A stretch of DNA of 43,296 bases from Nemertoderma westbladi (lineage: Eukaryota; Animalia; Xenacoelomorpha), in contig JAUCBJ010003271.1 in NCBI GenBank assembly GCA_032718475.1, forward strand, positions 1 to 43,296. Direction: 5' to 3'. Under the pieces are notes generated by a model. The model had not been told where the DNA came from, made no database searches, and saw only the letters and a list, made by a program, of their open reading frames with translations. The first letter of the stretch is position 1, and every line of letters starts with the position of its first letter. This document shows positions 25,601 to 36,757 of the stretch, in pieces. The translations under genes and the position numbers were made by a program.

Positions 25601-27502
25601 TAAATTAATATCTGCTCGAAGCACACCACTAAAATCGTTGTATGTTTCAATATTCTTACTGAACACATTAGAAAATTTCGAATTCGTAGTTTTGAACATA
25701 TGTTGCTCAGCTAATGAAAGCTGATGATCAGGATCAACAATCACCTCAGATGATGGATCATGTGCCAACGGTTTTGAAAGCTTTGATAATATAGGATGAA
25801 CATTCATAATAGCGAGCTCTGGTTCAGTAACTACAGCACGAATAACAGCTAATTGTTGTGATTTCTTGATAGTTATAACTGAATTAGTTTCATTTGGAAT
25901 GCGAAGGACGCCATTCACAACTCTGGATAGCGAAGGTTCAGGCCACAATCCATTTACTGGAGAAGATGAGCAGGCCTGAATAGCAACTTCGCCTTGATGG
26001 AAGTTTAAATTGGGATCAGACACTTCAATGAATTCACCGGGATAAATGACTGTAGACTGTTGACTGCGGACAACTGTTTGTAGACATCTAATTGAAGGAT
26101 ATTGAGGAGGTTGTGTACCATATGAAATCCATTGAATTCCAATTAATATTTCTTTGTGTTTGATAGAGATTTCGATTGAGTTATCGAACATAAAAGGAAT
26201 ACCAGCTAAGACATCACACTCCATTTGAGTAGATACCAAAGCATTCAAAGATAGACACTGTGAGCCAAAGGTAAGCTCAATCTTGACTTCACCGCAAATA
26301 TTAATGCAACTCTTATCAACCTGTCGCGCAACTTGATCCGACTTATACATTGGGATGTTTGCAGACTTGACAAAGGCAAGCGAAATCATATTGGAAGTGG
26401 CACCACTGTCACATAATACTTTACATGGTATATGTTTAAAATAAGCATAAAAGAATGGAGACACCATTATTTGGACTCGATTGACTACAGAATATGCTGC
26501 AGCGCCTTGATCATCATCTTCACTGATTTCACCGTCGTCATCATCTTCCTCATTATCATTATCAACTTGAACACGAAACGATTTAACAAGACGCATGCGA
26601 TCAGATGGAGATAAGAGAAAACATTCATCAATAGAATGTCCATCAGATTTTCGACCACAAGCTTTACAAAACGAACAGGATTTAAATTTCTGTGGAACTT
26701 TAGAGCCTTTGGATTGAAACTTTGAATTCTTTGATTGAAACTTTGAATTAAATTTCACCTTGCGATCAAAGGCTCTAGCAAGTGAAATCGAGGATACTTC
26801 TTCATGTGCATTAAGCTCCTGCAGTAATGAAGCTACATTATCAACAACGAGTGGCTGTATATCTTTCAATGTGCGAGTCTGAAGATCATGAGCGTACACA
26901 CGAGCCACATAACTGGGAAGCCGAGAATCAATAAGTTGGAGCCATAAATAGACTGCCAATCGCTCGACAGTAGGAGAAAGAATCTCATCGACAGTAATCG
27001 CTTCTCCATCGTGTAAAAGAGGAGAACCGTTTTTGAGTTTATTATCGTGAAGATGTGCAACGATTCGTTGATATAAAACCTCGTAGCGTTCATTGGATTC
27101 ATGTCTAATAGATGCTAATTTTAGAAAATTTGCCTCGGATTGCTGGAAGCCATAGTGCTTGCGGATTCTTTGCCATATCCAGCTTAAGCTAATACTGCGA
27201 TCAATAATTTCGGTATTTAATAACGAAGGCGCAAATTGCGCAATTAAACCGATCATCCGACTGAGACGAATATTCTTCTGCACTGCCGTTAATCGTTGAC
27301 CGTCCGGAACTGGTGCAACATCGTCGATCATGTCGCGGTTTAAAGTCGACGGTTTACCCCATGTAAACCCAGCAGTGAGGAATGGAGCAAACTCATTTTC
27401 GAGCGAGAGATGATACATGCAGTTCTGCATCCAATTTTGAAACGATGTTATTGTTTCATTGTCAGTCAACGACCACATTTTCGGTGGGCGGAAGGAACCC
27501 AT
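22685..27502 (-). CDS. Gag-Pol polyprotein (1605 aa): Gag with Zn knuckle, aspartic protease, reverse transcriptase, RNase H, integrase
   Basis: Uninterrupted ORF. Zn knuckle CSFC-x9-H-x4-C; protease LCDSGAT; RT SDFSKCFYQI...AMGMPGS...IADD; RNase H TTDAS...EREGLA...TDSKP...NVLSDYNSR; integrase H-x4-H...CTEC, AADLL, RVDCAPG, NPVADRAI; C-terminal RRSKR..KPP motif. Confidence 0.95.
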   Translation of the reverse strand: MGSFRPPKMWSLTDNETITSFQNWMQNCMYHLSLENEFAPFLTAGFTWGKPSTLNRDMIDDVAPVPDGQRLTAVQKNIRLSRMIGLIAQFAPSLLNTEIIDRSISLSWIWQRIRKHYGFQQSEANFLKLASIRHESNERYEVLYQRIVAHLHDNKLKNGSPLLHDGEAITVDEILSPTVERLAVYLWLQLIDSRLPSYVARVYAHDLQTRTLKDIQPLVVDNVASLLQELNAHEEVSSISLARAFDRKVKFNSKFQSKNSKFQSKGSKVPQKFKSCSFCKACGRKSDGHSIDECFLLSPSDRMRLVKSFRVQVDNDNEEDDDDGEISEDDDQGAAAYSVVNRVQIMVSPFFYAYFKHIPCKVLCDSGATSNMISLAFVKSANIPMYKSDQVARQVDKSCINICGEVKIELTFGSQCLSLNALVSTQMECDVLAGIPFMFDNSIEISIKHKEILIGIQWISYGTQPPQYPSIRCLQTVVRSQQSTVIYPGEFIEVSDPNLNFHQGEVAIQACSSSPVNGLWPEPSLSRVVNGVLRIPNETNSVITIKKSQQLAVIRAVVTEPELAIMNVHPILSKLSKPLAHDPSSEVIVDPDHQLSLAEQHMFKTTNSKFSNVFSKNIETYNDFSGVLRADINLGPVKPPPRKGRVPFYTHSNLSVLQDEFDSLEKLGVLAKPEDVGVVVQHVSPSFLVKKPNGSFRLVTSFNELGHFTRLIPSKPTKPEEVLQTLANFKFIAKSDFSKCFYQIPVAKSSIPYLGTMTPFKGVRVYLRAAMGMPGSSEWEDELIFRVLGVFLQLGWLVKIADDFYIGADTIEELHSRWVQVLQCLCKNNLKLSASKTVIAPLKTTILGWIWNCGTLSVSAHKISPLVVAIPPVTCSAMRSFLGSVKDIARCFPRCSSFLAPLESAIKGLKGADRINWSPELTKDFEKVKDTLRSPSVLTIPKRNDKLILTTDASPLNNGIGGTLYVLRDGHKKLAGHFSYKMKDHQTRWFPCEREGLAIAVCVSHFAPYIRESIHQTQLLTDSKPCVQAYRKLCQGEFSATARLSTFLSALSGLNVSLHHIKGDDNVLSDYNSRHPIVCEEKSCQICKFVEETAVSTCLAVTVEDVLNGTSRMPFLCSASWKSAQNACPTLRKVFAHLTNGTRPVKNAKGCRDLKVYLRSATINKQGILVVNKEDPYIHNRELIVVPVEILEGLLTAIHLSFKHPSKLQLSKLFHRYFFAINADDIIDRVSNDNCTECKALKKLSSELIPQSSSKSPESPGLQMAADLLHRFKQKIFVVRDVFSSYTWAVLVDDEQSDSLRKGILNCILPLRSNMSKIRVDCAPGLQALHNDSILLRNGIVLDFGSEKNCNKNPVADRAIQELEVELLKCYPDSQALTQQEIISAVDMLNSRIRSSNLSAKEILFGRDQLTGERLNFSDQTLSKQQELRRESNHDVSAKSKSRGSSHCSIPELHVGSLVFIKDELSKHHPRDRYIVIKLHDSMAIIQKFNNNIFGRKHYSVPFEKLMLCTPTPTQPVNAKWFGEHDVGDSSSESEGDFKIKGDRQFAPPPEDLLKDCQIAPENLLDDVAFNNDDGIRRSKRAHKPPKRHGSLIRYDPNYPLDGEL

Positions 27503-27687
27503 GGTGAGGCCAATGTAGTGAAATCGAACGAAATTGGAATGATTCCGGTTTCCACAAGTAGAACTCGGTGCGATGTAAATAATCGAAGTTTAGTTTTGAG
27601 AGTCTTCAATTCTCGGAACAGTTCACTCAACAAAATTGAAATTTCGATGGTTTATTTTAGATGATGTAGTTCGGGCGCTGAGTTTAA

Positions 27688-27700
27688 CCCAAAGCCACCA
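27688..27700 (-). promoter_or_regulatory. Putative primer-binding site
   Basis: TGGTGGCTTTGGG directly abuts the 5' LTR. TGG is complementary to the tRNA CCA end. The cognate tRNA is not identifiable from the window. Confidence 0.55.
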
Positions 27701-27942
27701 CGCCAGACGGGTATAAAATAAAACAGACAAATCAACTAAGTCAATGCTCCAAACTCTGATCTTTGTCTCAAAATCCAAATACGAAAATAATATAACAAGA
27801 ACAACACAAAGGTACAGTAGAAACCGGAACCAATACAGTAGTAGGTACTGGTACTAGTACAGTACCGGTACAATACAACATAACCAATACAGTAGTAGGT
27901 ACTGGTACTAGTACAGTACCGGTACAATACAACATAGTGGCG
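27701..27942 (-). repeat. 5' LTR (242 bp)
   Basis: Matches 22225-22466 base for base by eye. Termini CGCCA...TGGCG form a 5-bp inverted repeat. Contains a 54-bp internal tandem duplication. Confidence 0.95.
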
Positions 27943-30900
27943 CTGTGAATGGAGTACAAACTGTGAATTGAGTACACACTGTGAATGGAGTACATACTGT
28001 GAATGGAGTACAAACTGTGAATTGAGTACACACTGTGAATGGAGTACATACTGTGAATGGAGTACATACTGTGAATGGAGTACATAAGTGTGAATGGAGT
28101 ACAAACTGTGAATGGAGTACATACTGTGAATGGAGTACATACTGTGAATGGAGTACATAAGTGTGAATGTAATACATACTGTGAATGGAGTACAAACTGT
28201 GAATGGAGTACATACTGTGAATTGAGTACAATCTGTGAATGGAGTATAAACTGTGAATGGAGTACATACTGTGAATGGAGTACATACTGTGAATGGAGTA
28301 CAAACTGTGAATGGAGTACATAAGTGTGAATGGAGTACATACTGTGAATGGAGTAAAGACTGTGAATGGAGTATATACTGTGAATGGATTACAAACTGTG
28401 AATGGAGTACATAAGTGTGAATGGAGTACATACTGTGAATGGAGTACAGACTGTGAATGGAGTATATACTGTGAATGGAGTACAAACTGTGAATTGAGTA
28501 CATACTGTGAATGGAATACAAACTGTGAATGGAATACAAACAGTGAATGGAGTACAGACTGTGAAAGGAGTACATAAGTGTGAATGGAGTAAAGACTGTG
28601 AATGGAATACAAACTGTGAATGGAATACATACTGTGAAAGGAATACAAACTGTGAATGGAGTACAAACTGTGAAAGGAATACAAACTGTGAATGGAGTAC
28701 ATACTGTGAATGGAATACAAACTGTGAATGGAATACATACTGTGAAAGGAATACAAACTGTGAATGGAGTACATACTGTGAATGGAGTACATACTGTGAA
28801 TGGAATACAAACTGTGAATGGAATACATACTGTGAAAGGAATACAAACTGTGAATGGAGTACATACTGTGAATGGAGTACATACTGTGAATGGAATACAA
28901 ACTGTGAATGGAATACATACTGTGAATGGAGTACATACTGTGAATGGAGTACATAACTGTGAATGGAGTACATACTGTGAATGGAGTACATACTGTTAAT
29001 GGAGTACATAAGTGTGAATGGAGTACATACTGTGAATGGAGTACATACTGTGAATGGAGTACATAACTGTGAATGGAGTACATACTGTGAATGGAGTACA
29101 TACTGTTAATGGAGTACATAAGTGTGAATGGAGTACATACTGTGAATGGAGTACATAACTGTGAATGGAGTACATACTGTGAATGGAGTACAAACTGTTA
29201 ATGGAGTACATAAGTGTGAATGGAGTACATACTGTGAATGGAGTACATACTGTTAATGGAGTACATAAGTGTGAATGGAGTACATACTGTGAATGAAGTA
29301 CAGACTGTGAATGGAGTACAAACTGTGAATGGAGTACAAACTGTGAATTGAGTACATACTGTGAATGGAGTACATAACTGTGAATGGAGTACATACTGTG
29401 AATGGAGTACAAACTGTGAATGGAGTACATAACTGTGAATGGAGTACATACTGTGAATGGAGTACAAACTGTGAATATAGTACATACTGTGAATGGAGTA
29501 CATACTGTGAATGGAGTACAAACTGTGAATAGAGTACATACTGTGAATGCAGTACAAACTGTGAATGGAGTACATACTGTGAATGGAGTACATACTGTGA
29601 ATGGAGTACATAACTGTGAATGGAGTACATACTGTGAATGGAGTACAAACTGTGAATGGAGTACATACTGTGAATGGAGTACAAACTGTGAATGGAGTAC
29701 ATACTGTGAATGGAGTACATACTGTGAATGGAGTACATAACTGTGAATGGAGTACATACTGTGAATGGAGTACAAACTGTTAATGGAGTACATAAGTGTG
29801 AATGGAGTACATACTGTGAATGAAGTACAGACTGTGAATGGAGTACAAACTGTGAATGGAGTACAAACTGTGAATTGAGTACATACTGTGAATGGAGTAC
29901 ATAACTGTGAATGGAATACATACTGTGAATGGAGTACAAACTGTTAATGGAGTACATAAGTGTGAATGGAGTACATACTGTGAATGAAGTACAGACTGTG
30001 AATGGAGTACAAACTGTGAATGGAGTACAAACTGTGAATTGAGTACATACTGTGAATGGAGTACATAACTGTGAATGGAGTACATACTGTGAATGGAGTA
30101 CAAACTGTTAATGGAGTACATAAGTGTGAATGGAGTACATACTGTGAATGAAGTACAGACTGTGAATGGAGTACAAACTGTGAATGGAGTACAAACTGTG
30201 AATTGAGTACACACTGTGAATGGAGTACATACTGTGAATGGAGTACATAACTGTGAATGGAGTACATACTGTGAATGGAGTACATAACTGTGAATGGAGT
30301 ACATACTGTGAATGGAGTACAAACTGTTAATGGAGTACATAAGTGTGAATGGAGTACATACTGTGAATGAAGTACAGACTGTGAATGGAGTACAAACTGT
30401 GAATGGAGTACAAACTGTGAATTGAGTACACACTGTGAATGGAGTACATACAGTGAATGGAGTACATACTGTGAATGGAGTACAAACTGTGAATTGAGTA
30501 CACACTGTGAATGGAGTACATACTGTGAATGGAGTACATACTGTGAATGGAGTACATAAGTGTGAATGGAGTACAAACTGTGAATGGAGTACATACTGTG
30601 AATGGAGTACATACTGTGAATGGAGTACATACTGTGAATGGAGTACATAAGTGTGAATGTAATACATACTGTGAATGGAGTACAAACTGTGAATGGAGTA
30701 CATACTGTGAATTGAGTACAATCTGTGAATGGAGTATAAACTGTGAATGGAGTACATACTGTGAATGGAGTACATACTGTGAATGGAGTACATACTGTGA
30801 ATGGAGTAAAGACTGTGAATGGAGTATATACTGTGAATGGATTACAAACTGTGAATGGAGTACATAAGTGTGAATGGAGTACATACTGTGAATGGAGTAC

Positions 30901-33900
30901 AGACTGTGAATGGAGTATATACTGTGAATGGAGTACAAACTGTGAATGGAGTACATAAGTGTGAATGGAGTACATACTGTGAATGGAGTAAAGACTGTGA
31001 ATGGAGTATATACTGTGAATGGATTACAAACTGTGAATGGAGTACATAAGTGTGAATGGAGTACATACTGTGAATGGAGTACAGACTGTGAATGGAGTAT
31101 ATACTGTGAATGGAGTACAAACTGTGAATTGAGTACATACTGTGAATGGAGTACATACTGTGAATGGAATACATACTGTGAATGGAGTACATACTGTGAA
31201 TGGAGTACATACTGTGAATGGAGTACAAACTTTGAATGGAATACAAACAGTGAATGGAGTACAGACTGTGAAAGGAGTACATACTGTGAATGGAGTACAT
31301 ACTGTGAATGGAGTACAAACTGTTAATGGAGTACAAACTGTGAATGGAGTACATACTGTGAATGGAGTACAGACTGTGAATGAAGTACAAACTGTGAATG
31401 GAGTACATACTGTGAATGGAGTACATACTGTGAATGGAGTACAGACTGTGAAAGGAGTACATACTGTGAATGGAATACAAACTGTGAATGGAATACATAC
31501 TGTGAAAGGAATACAAACTGTGAATGGAGTACATACTGTGAATGGAGTACATAAGTGTGAATGGAGTACATACTGTGAATGGAGTACATACTGTGAATGG
31601 AATACATACTGTGAATGGAGTACATACTGTGAATGGAATACAAACTGTGAATGGAATACATACTGTGAAAGGAATACAAACTGTGAATGGAGTACATACT
31701 GTGAATGGAGTATAAACTGTGAATGGAGTACATACTGTGAATGGAGTACATACTGTGAATGGAGTACAAACTTTGAATGGAATACAAACAGTGAATGGAG
31801 TACATACTGTGAATGGAGTACATAAGTGTGAATGGATTACAAACTGTGAATGGAGTACATAAGTGTGAATGGAGTACATACTGTGAATGGAATACATACT
31901 GTGAATAGAGTACATACTGTGAATGGAGTACATACTGTGAATGGAGTACAAACTTTGAATGGAATACAAACAGTGAATGGAGTACACACTGTGAATGGAG
32001 TACAAACTGTGAATGGAGTACATACTGTGAATGGAGTACATACTGTGAATGGAGTACATAACTGTGAATGGAGTACATACTGTGAATGGAGTATAAACTG
32101 TGAATGGAGTACATACTGTGAATGGAGTACATACTGTGAATGGAGTACAAACTTTGAATGGAATACAAACTGTGAATGGAGTACATACTGTGAATGGAAT
32201 ACAAACTGTGAATGGAATACATACTGTGAAAGGAATACAAACTGTGAATGGAGTACATACTGTGAATGGAGTATAAACTGTGAATGGAGTACATACTGTG
32301 AATGGAGTACATACTGTGAATGGAGTACAAACTTTGAATGGAATACAAACAGTGAATGGAGTACATACTGTGAATGGAGTACATAAGTGTGAATGGATTA
32401 CAAACTGTGAATGGAGTACATAAGTGTGAATGGAGTACATACTGTGAATGGAATACATACTGTGAATAGAGTACATACTGTGAATGGAGTACAAACTGTG
32501 AATTGAGTACATACTGTGAATGGAGTACATACTGTGAATGGAATACATACTGTGAATAGAGTACATACTGTGAATGGAGTACATACTGTGAATGGAGTAC
32601 AAACTTTGAATGGAATACAAACAGTGAATGGAGTACAGACTGTGAAAGGAGTACAAACTGTGAATGGAGTATAAACTGTGAATGGAGTACATACTGTGAA
32701 TGGAGTACATACTGTGAATGGAGTACAGACTGTGAATGGAGTACAAACAGTGAATGGAGTACAAACTGTGAATTGAGTACATACTGTGAATGGAGTACAT
32801 ACTGTGAATGGAATACAAACTGTGAATGGAGTACAAACTGTGAATGGAGTACATACTGTGAATGGAGTACATACTGTGAATGGAGTACAAACTGTGAATG
32901 GAATACATACTGTGAAAGGAATACAAACTGTGAATGGAGTACAAACTGTGAATGGAGTACATACTGTGAATGGAGTACATACTGTGAATGGAGTACAAAC
33001 TGTGAATGGAATACATACTGTGAAAGGAATACAAACTGTGAATGGAGTACATACTGTGAATGGAGTACATAAGTGTGAATGGAGTACAAACAGTGAATGG
33101 AGTACATACAGTGAATGGAGTACATACTGTGAATGGAGTACAAACTGTGAATTGAGTACACACTGTGAATGGAGTACATACTGTGAATGGAGTACATACT
33201 GTGAATGGAGTACATAAGTGTGAATGGAGTACAAACTGTGAATGGAGTACATACTGTGAATGGAGTACATACTGTGAATGGAGTACATACTGTGAATGGA
33301 GTACATAAGTGTGAATGTAATACATACTGTGAATGGAGTACAAACTGTGAATGGAGTACATACTGTGAATTGAGTACAATCTGTGAATGGAGTATAAACT
33401 GTGAATGGAGTACATACTGTGAATGGAGTACATACTGTGAATGGAGTACATACTGTGAATGGAGTAAAGACTGTGAATGGAGTATATACTGTGAATGGAT
33501 TACAAACTGTGAATGGAGTACATAAGTGTGAATGGAGTACATACTGTGAATGGAGTACAGACTGTGAATGGAGTATATACTGTGAATGGAGTACAAACTG
33601 TGAATGGAGTACATAAGTGTGAATGGAGTACATACTGTGAATGGAGTAAAGACTGTGAATGGAGTATATACTGTGAATGGATTACAAACTGTGAATGGAG
33701 TACATAAGTGTGAATGGAGTACATACTGTGAATGGAGTACAGACTGTGAATGGAGTATATACTGTGAATGGAGTACAAACTGTGAATTGAGTACATACTG
33801 TGAATGGAGTACATACTGTGAATGGAATACATACTGTGAATGGAGTACATACTGTGAATGGAGTACATACTGTGAATGGAGTACAAACTTTGAATGGAAT

Positions 33901-36061
33901 ACAAACAGTGAATGGAGTACAGACTGTGAAAGGAGTACATACTGTGAATGGAGTACATACTGTGAATGGAGTACAAACTGTTAATGGAGTACAAACTGTG
34001 AATGGAGTACATACTGTGAATGGAGTACAGACTGTGAATGAAGTACAAACTGTGAATGGAGTACATGCTGTGAATGGAGTACATACTGTGAATGGAGTAC
34101 AGACTGTGAAAGGAGTACATACTGTGAATGGAATACAAACTGTGAATGGAATACATACTGTGAAAGGAGTACAAACTGTGAATGGAGTACATACTGTGAA
34201 TGGAGTACATAAGTGTGAATGGAGTACATACTGTGAATGGAGTACATACTGTGAATGGAATACATACTGTGAATGGAGTACATACTGTGAATGGAATACA
34301 AACTGTGAATGGAATACATACTGTGAAAGGAATACAAACTGTGAATGGAGTACATACTGTGAATGGAGTATAAACTGTGAATGGAGTACATACTGTGAAT
34401 GGAGTACATACTGTGAATGGAGTACAAACTTTGAATGGAATACAAACAGTGAATGGAGTACATACTGTGAATGGAGTACATAAGTGTGAATGGATTACAA
34501 ACTGTGAATGGAGTACATAAGTGTGAATGGAGTACATACTGTGAATGGAATACATACTGTGAATAGAGTACATACTGTGAATGGAGTACATACTGTGAAT
34601 GGAGTACAAACTTTGAATGGAATACAAACAGTGAATGGAGTACACACTGTGAATGGAGTACAAACTGTGAATGGAGTACATACTGTGAATGGAGTACATA
34701 CTGTGAATGGAGTACATAACTGTGAATGGAGTACATACTGTGAATGGATTATAAACTGTGAATGGAGTACATACTGTGAATGGAGTACATACTGTGAATG
34801 GAGTACAAACTTTGAATGGAATACAAACTGTGAATGGAGTACATACTGTGAATGGAATACAAACTGTGAATGGAATACATACTGTGAAAGGAATACAAAC
34901 TGTGAATGGAGTACATACTGTGAATGGAGTATAAACTGTGAATGGAGTACATACTGTGAATGGAGTACATACTGTGAATGGAGTACAAACTTTGAATGGA
35001 ATACAAACAGTGAATGGAGTACATACTGTGAATGGAGTACATAAGTGTGAATGGATTACAAACTGTGAATGGAGTACATAAGTGTGAATGGAGTACATAC
35101 TGTGAATGGAATACATACTGTGAATAGAGTACATACTGTGAATGGAGTACAAACTGTGAATTGAGTACATACTGTGAATGGAGTACATACTGTGAATGGA
35201 ATACATACTGTGAATAGAGTACATACTGTGAATGGAGTACATACTGTGAATGGAGTACAAACTTTGAATGGAATACAAACAGTGAATGGAGTACAGACTG
35301 TGAAAGGAGTACAAACTGTGAATGGAGTATAAACTGTGAATGGAGTACATACTGTGAATGGAGTACATACTGTGAATGGAGTACAGACTGTGAATGGAGT
35401 ACAAACAGTGAATGGAGTACAAACTGTGAATTGAGTACATACTGTGAATGGAGTACATACTGTGAATGGAATACAAACTGTGAATGGAGTACAAACTGTG
35501 AATGGAGTACATACTGTGAATGGAGTACATACTGTGAATGGAGTACAAACTGTGAATGGAATACATACTGTGAAAGGAATACAAACTGTGAATGGAGTAC
35601 AAACTGTGAATGGAGTACATACTGTGAATGGAGTACATACTGTGAATGGAGTACAAACTGTGAATGGAATACATACTGTGAAAGGAATACAAACTGTGAA
35701 TGGAGTACATACTGTGAATGGAGTACATAAGTGTGAATGGAGTACAAACAGTGAATGGAGTACAGACTGTGAAAGGAGTACATACTGTGAATGCCAGGGG
35801 AACGGGAAATATGAATTACACTATTTTGAGAATATCAATATCAAGTTAATAGAATATTCAGAGCGTGTTCCAGAAAATATAGTTACCACTGACAAAACTT
35901 ACTAACTCACGCACCACTATCACTATTTAGAACGACCAGGGATCCCTGGTCTCGTGTGTATAGTCCTTAGTGTTAAACTTGATGTGTAGGGAAGGTGTTT
36001 TTAAATGTCTGTATCAATAATTAGGATAAAACATACCAATTGATAGTATTTATCGACTTAC

Positions 36062-36103
36062 CTCTGAGATCGGCGAGTTTTCCAGAGAACTGGGCGTTGG
36101 CCA
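36062..36103 (-). CDS. VWD-domain protein, coding exon 5 (last exon before the giant intron)
   Basis: TTTGCAG acceptor, GTAAG donor, 42 nt, phase 1-1. Encodes ANAQFSGKLADLR. Its phase matches the exon at 4122. Confidence 0.75.
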
Positions 36104-36408
36104 CTGCAAATTAAATAATAATAATAATGACTTTGAGTTGGATTTCAGTTCTATTTGGACTGTTAATTCAATTTAGTCATTGAATATTAATAATTAATTA
36201 TAGTTATAGTTATACAATAAGATTTTTCATTTTCAGCACGAAAAATAACATAATAATGTTTTAAAGACACAAAAAAGTGTCAGATAATGTCAATAATAGG
36301 ATACCGGTTTGCTTTAACTATAAGACTATCACCACTCTCTAATTGTAACCTTCCATCTCATACTCATACAATCCACACCTATTACATTTGAATCTCCAAG
36401 AAACTTAC

Positions 36409-36515
36409 ATTTATTGACCTCCTTCATGTGTTCCTCCATAGTAACATCACATTCCTCTCCAGTAAATCCGTTACAACAAAACAATTTAACGCCTTCAGGT
36501 TTGCTATCTACCCGT
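36409..36515 (-). CDS. VWD-domain protein, coding exon 4 (EMI-like CCxGFxGxxC motif)
   Basis: TTTTATAG acceptor, GTAAG donor, 107 nt, phase 2-1. Encodes RVDSKPEGVKLFCCNGFTGEECDVTMEEHMKEVNK. Confidence 0.85.
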
Positions 36516-36715
36516 CTATAAAAAAAAGTGAACGGTTCTCACTAAAACGTTAATATTTTATTTTTAATATTATAATAATTTGGGTCTACATATATATATA
36601 CACATATATATATACACATATATTGTCTGAGATATACAGTTTGTTATCCTTCTGTACAACTTAATATTAACCATTGACAACTAAAATTCTGCTTACAGGA
36701 ATTTTAGAAAATTAC

Positions 36716-36757
36716 CTCAAACTCCATACATGTAGTGGGTGACATTCTCGGTGTTTT
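36716..36757 (-). CDS. VWD-domain protein, coding exon 3
   Basis: TTAG acceptor, GTAAT donor, 42 nt, phase 2-2. Encodes KHRECHPLHVWSL. Confidence 0.65.

Larger units (their letters stand above)
22225..27942 (-). mobile_element. Full-length Ty3/Gypsy-like LTR retrotransposon (Troyka-like: CG...CG termini, 3-bp TSD CTG)
   Basis: Two 242-bp direct repeats, identical by eye, flank a single gag-pol ORF with PR-RT-RH-IN order. TSD CTG at 22222-22224 and 27943-27945. Confidence 0.95.
4163..35793. repeat. 18/19-bp satellite array, consensus ACTGTGAATGGAGTACA(T/A), ~25 kb net (~1,400 monomers), interrupted by two retroelements
   Basis: Directly visible single-orientation tandem array. Recurrent variants include 19-mers (..CATAAC, ..CATAAG), GTTAAT, TGAAG..GAC, TTGAG, GGAATAC, GAAAGG, TTTGAA, CAGTG and GGATT. 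Confidence 0.99.
4123..36061 (-). other. Giant phase-1 intron (~31.9 kb) of the VWD gene
   Basis: GTAAG donor at 36061 and TTTCAG acceptor at 4123 join the flanking exons in frame (..DLR-V-VPMAPP..). The other introns between coding exons are only about 0.2-0.7 kb. Confidence 0.75.

Noticed and set aside
23371-27664. Short overlapping or antisense ORFs within the retrotransposon
   Set aside because: They are shadow frames of the gag-pol ORF with no recognisable motifs.
4163-35793. CRISPR array
   Set aside because: Repeats are head-to-tail with no unique spacers, there are no cas genes, and the context is a eukaryotic intron.
4163-35793. Array synthesised by the embedded reverse transcriptase (telomerase-like or retron-like system)
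   Set aside because: No template for the 18-mer is present in either insert. Both inserts have TSDs and in-window empty paralogous sites, so they arrived after the array existed. The variant pattern fits recombinational duplication.
4044-35905. Hundreds of ORFs with MYSIHS / VLHSQY / CTPFTV / TVNGVH / CEWSTY repeats, including the idea of a mucin-type repetitive coding exon
   Set aside because: An 18-bp unit is stop-free in most frames by construction. Frequent 19-bp monomers shift frame, variants introduce stops, and two transposons interrupt the array, so there is no sign of coding constraint.
35911-35922. 12-bp in-frame micro-exon (TAG/GTGAG) near the start of the giant intron
   Set aside because: It preserves frame but has a poor polypyrimidine tract and nothing else supports it.
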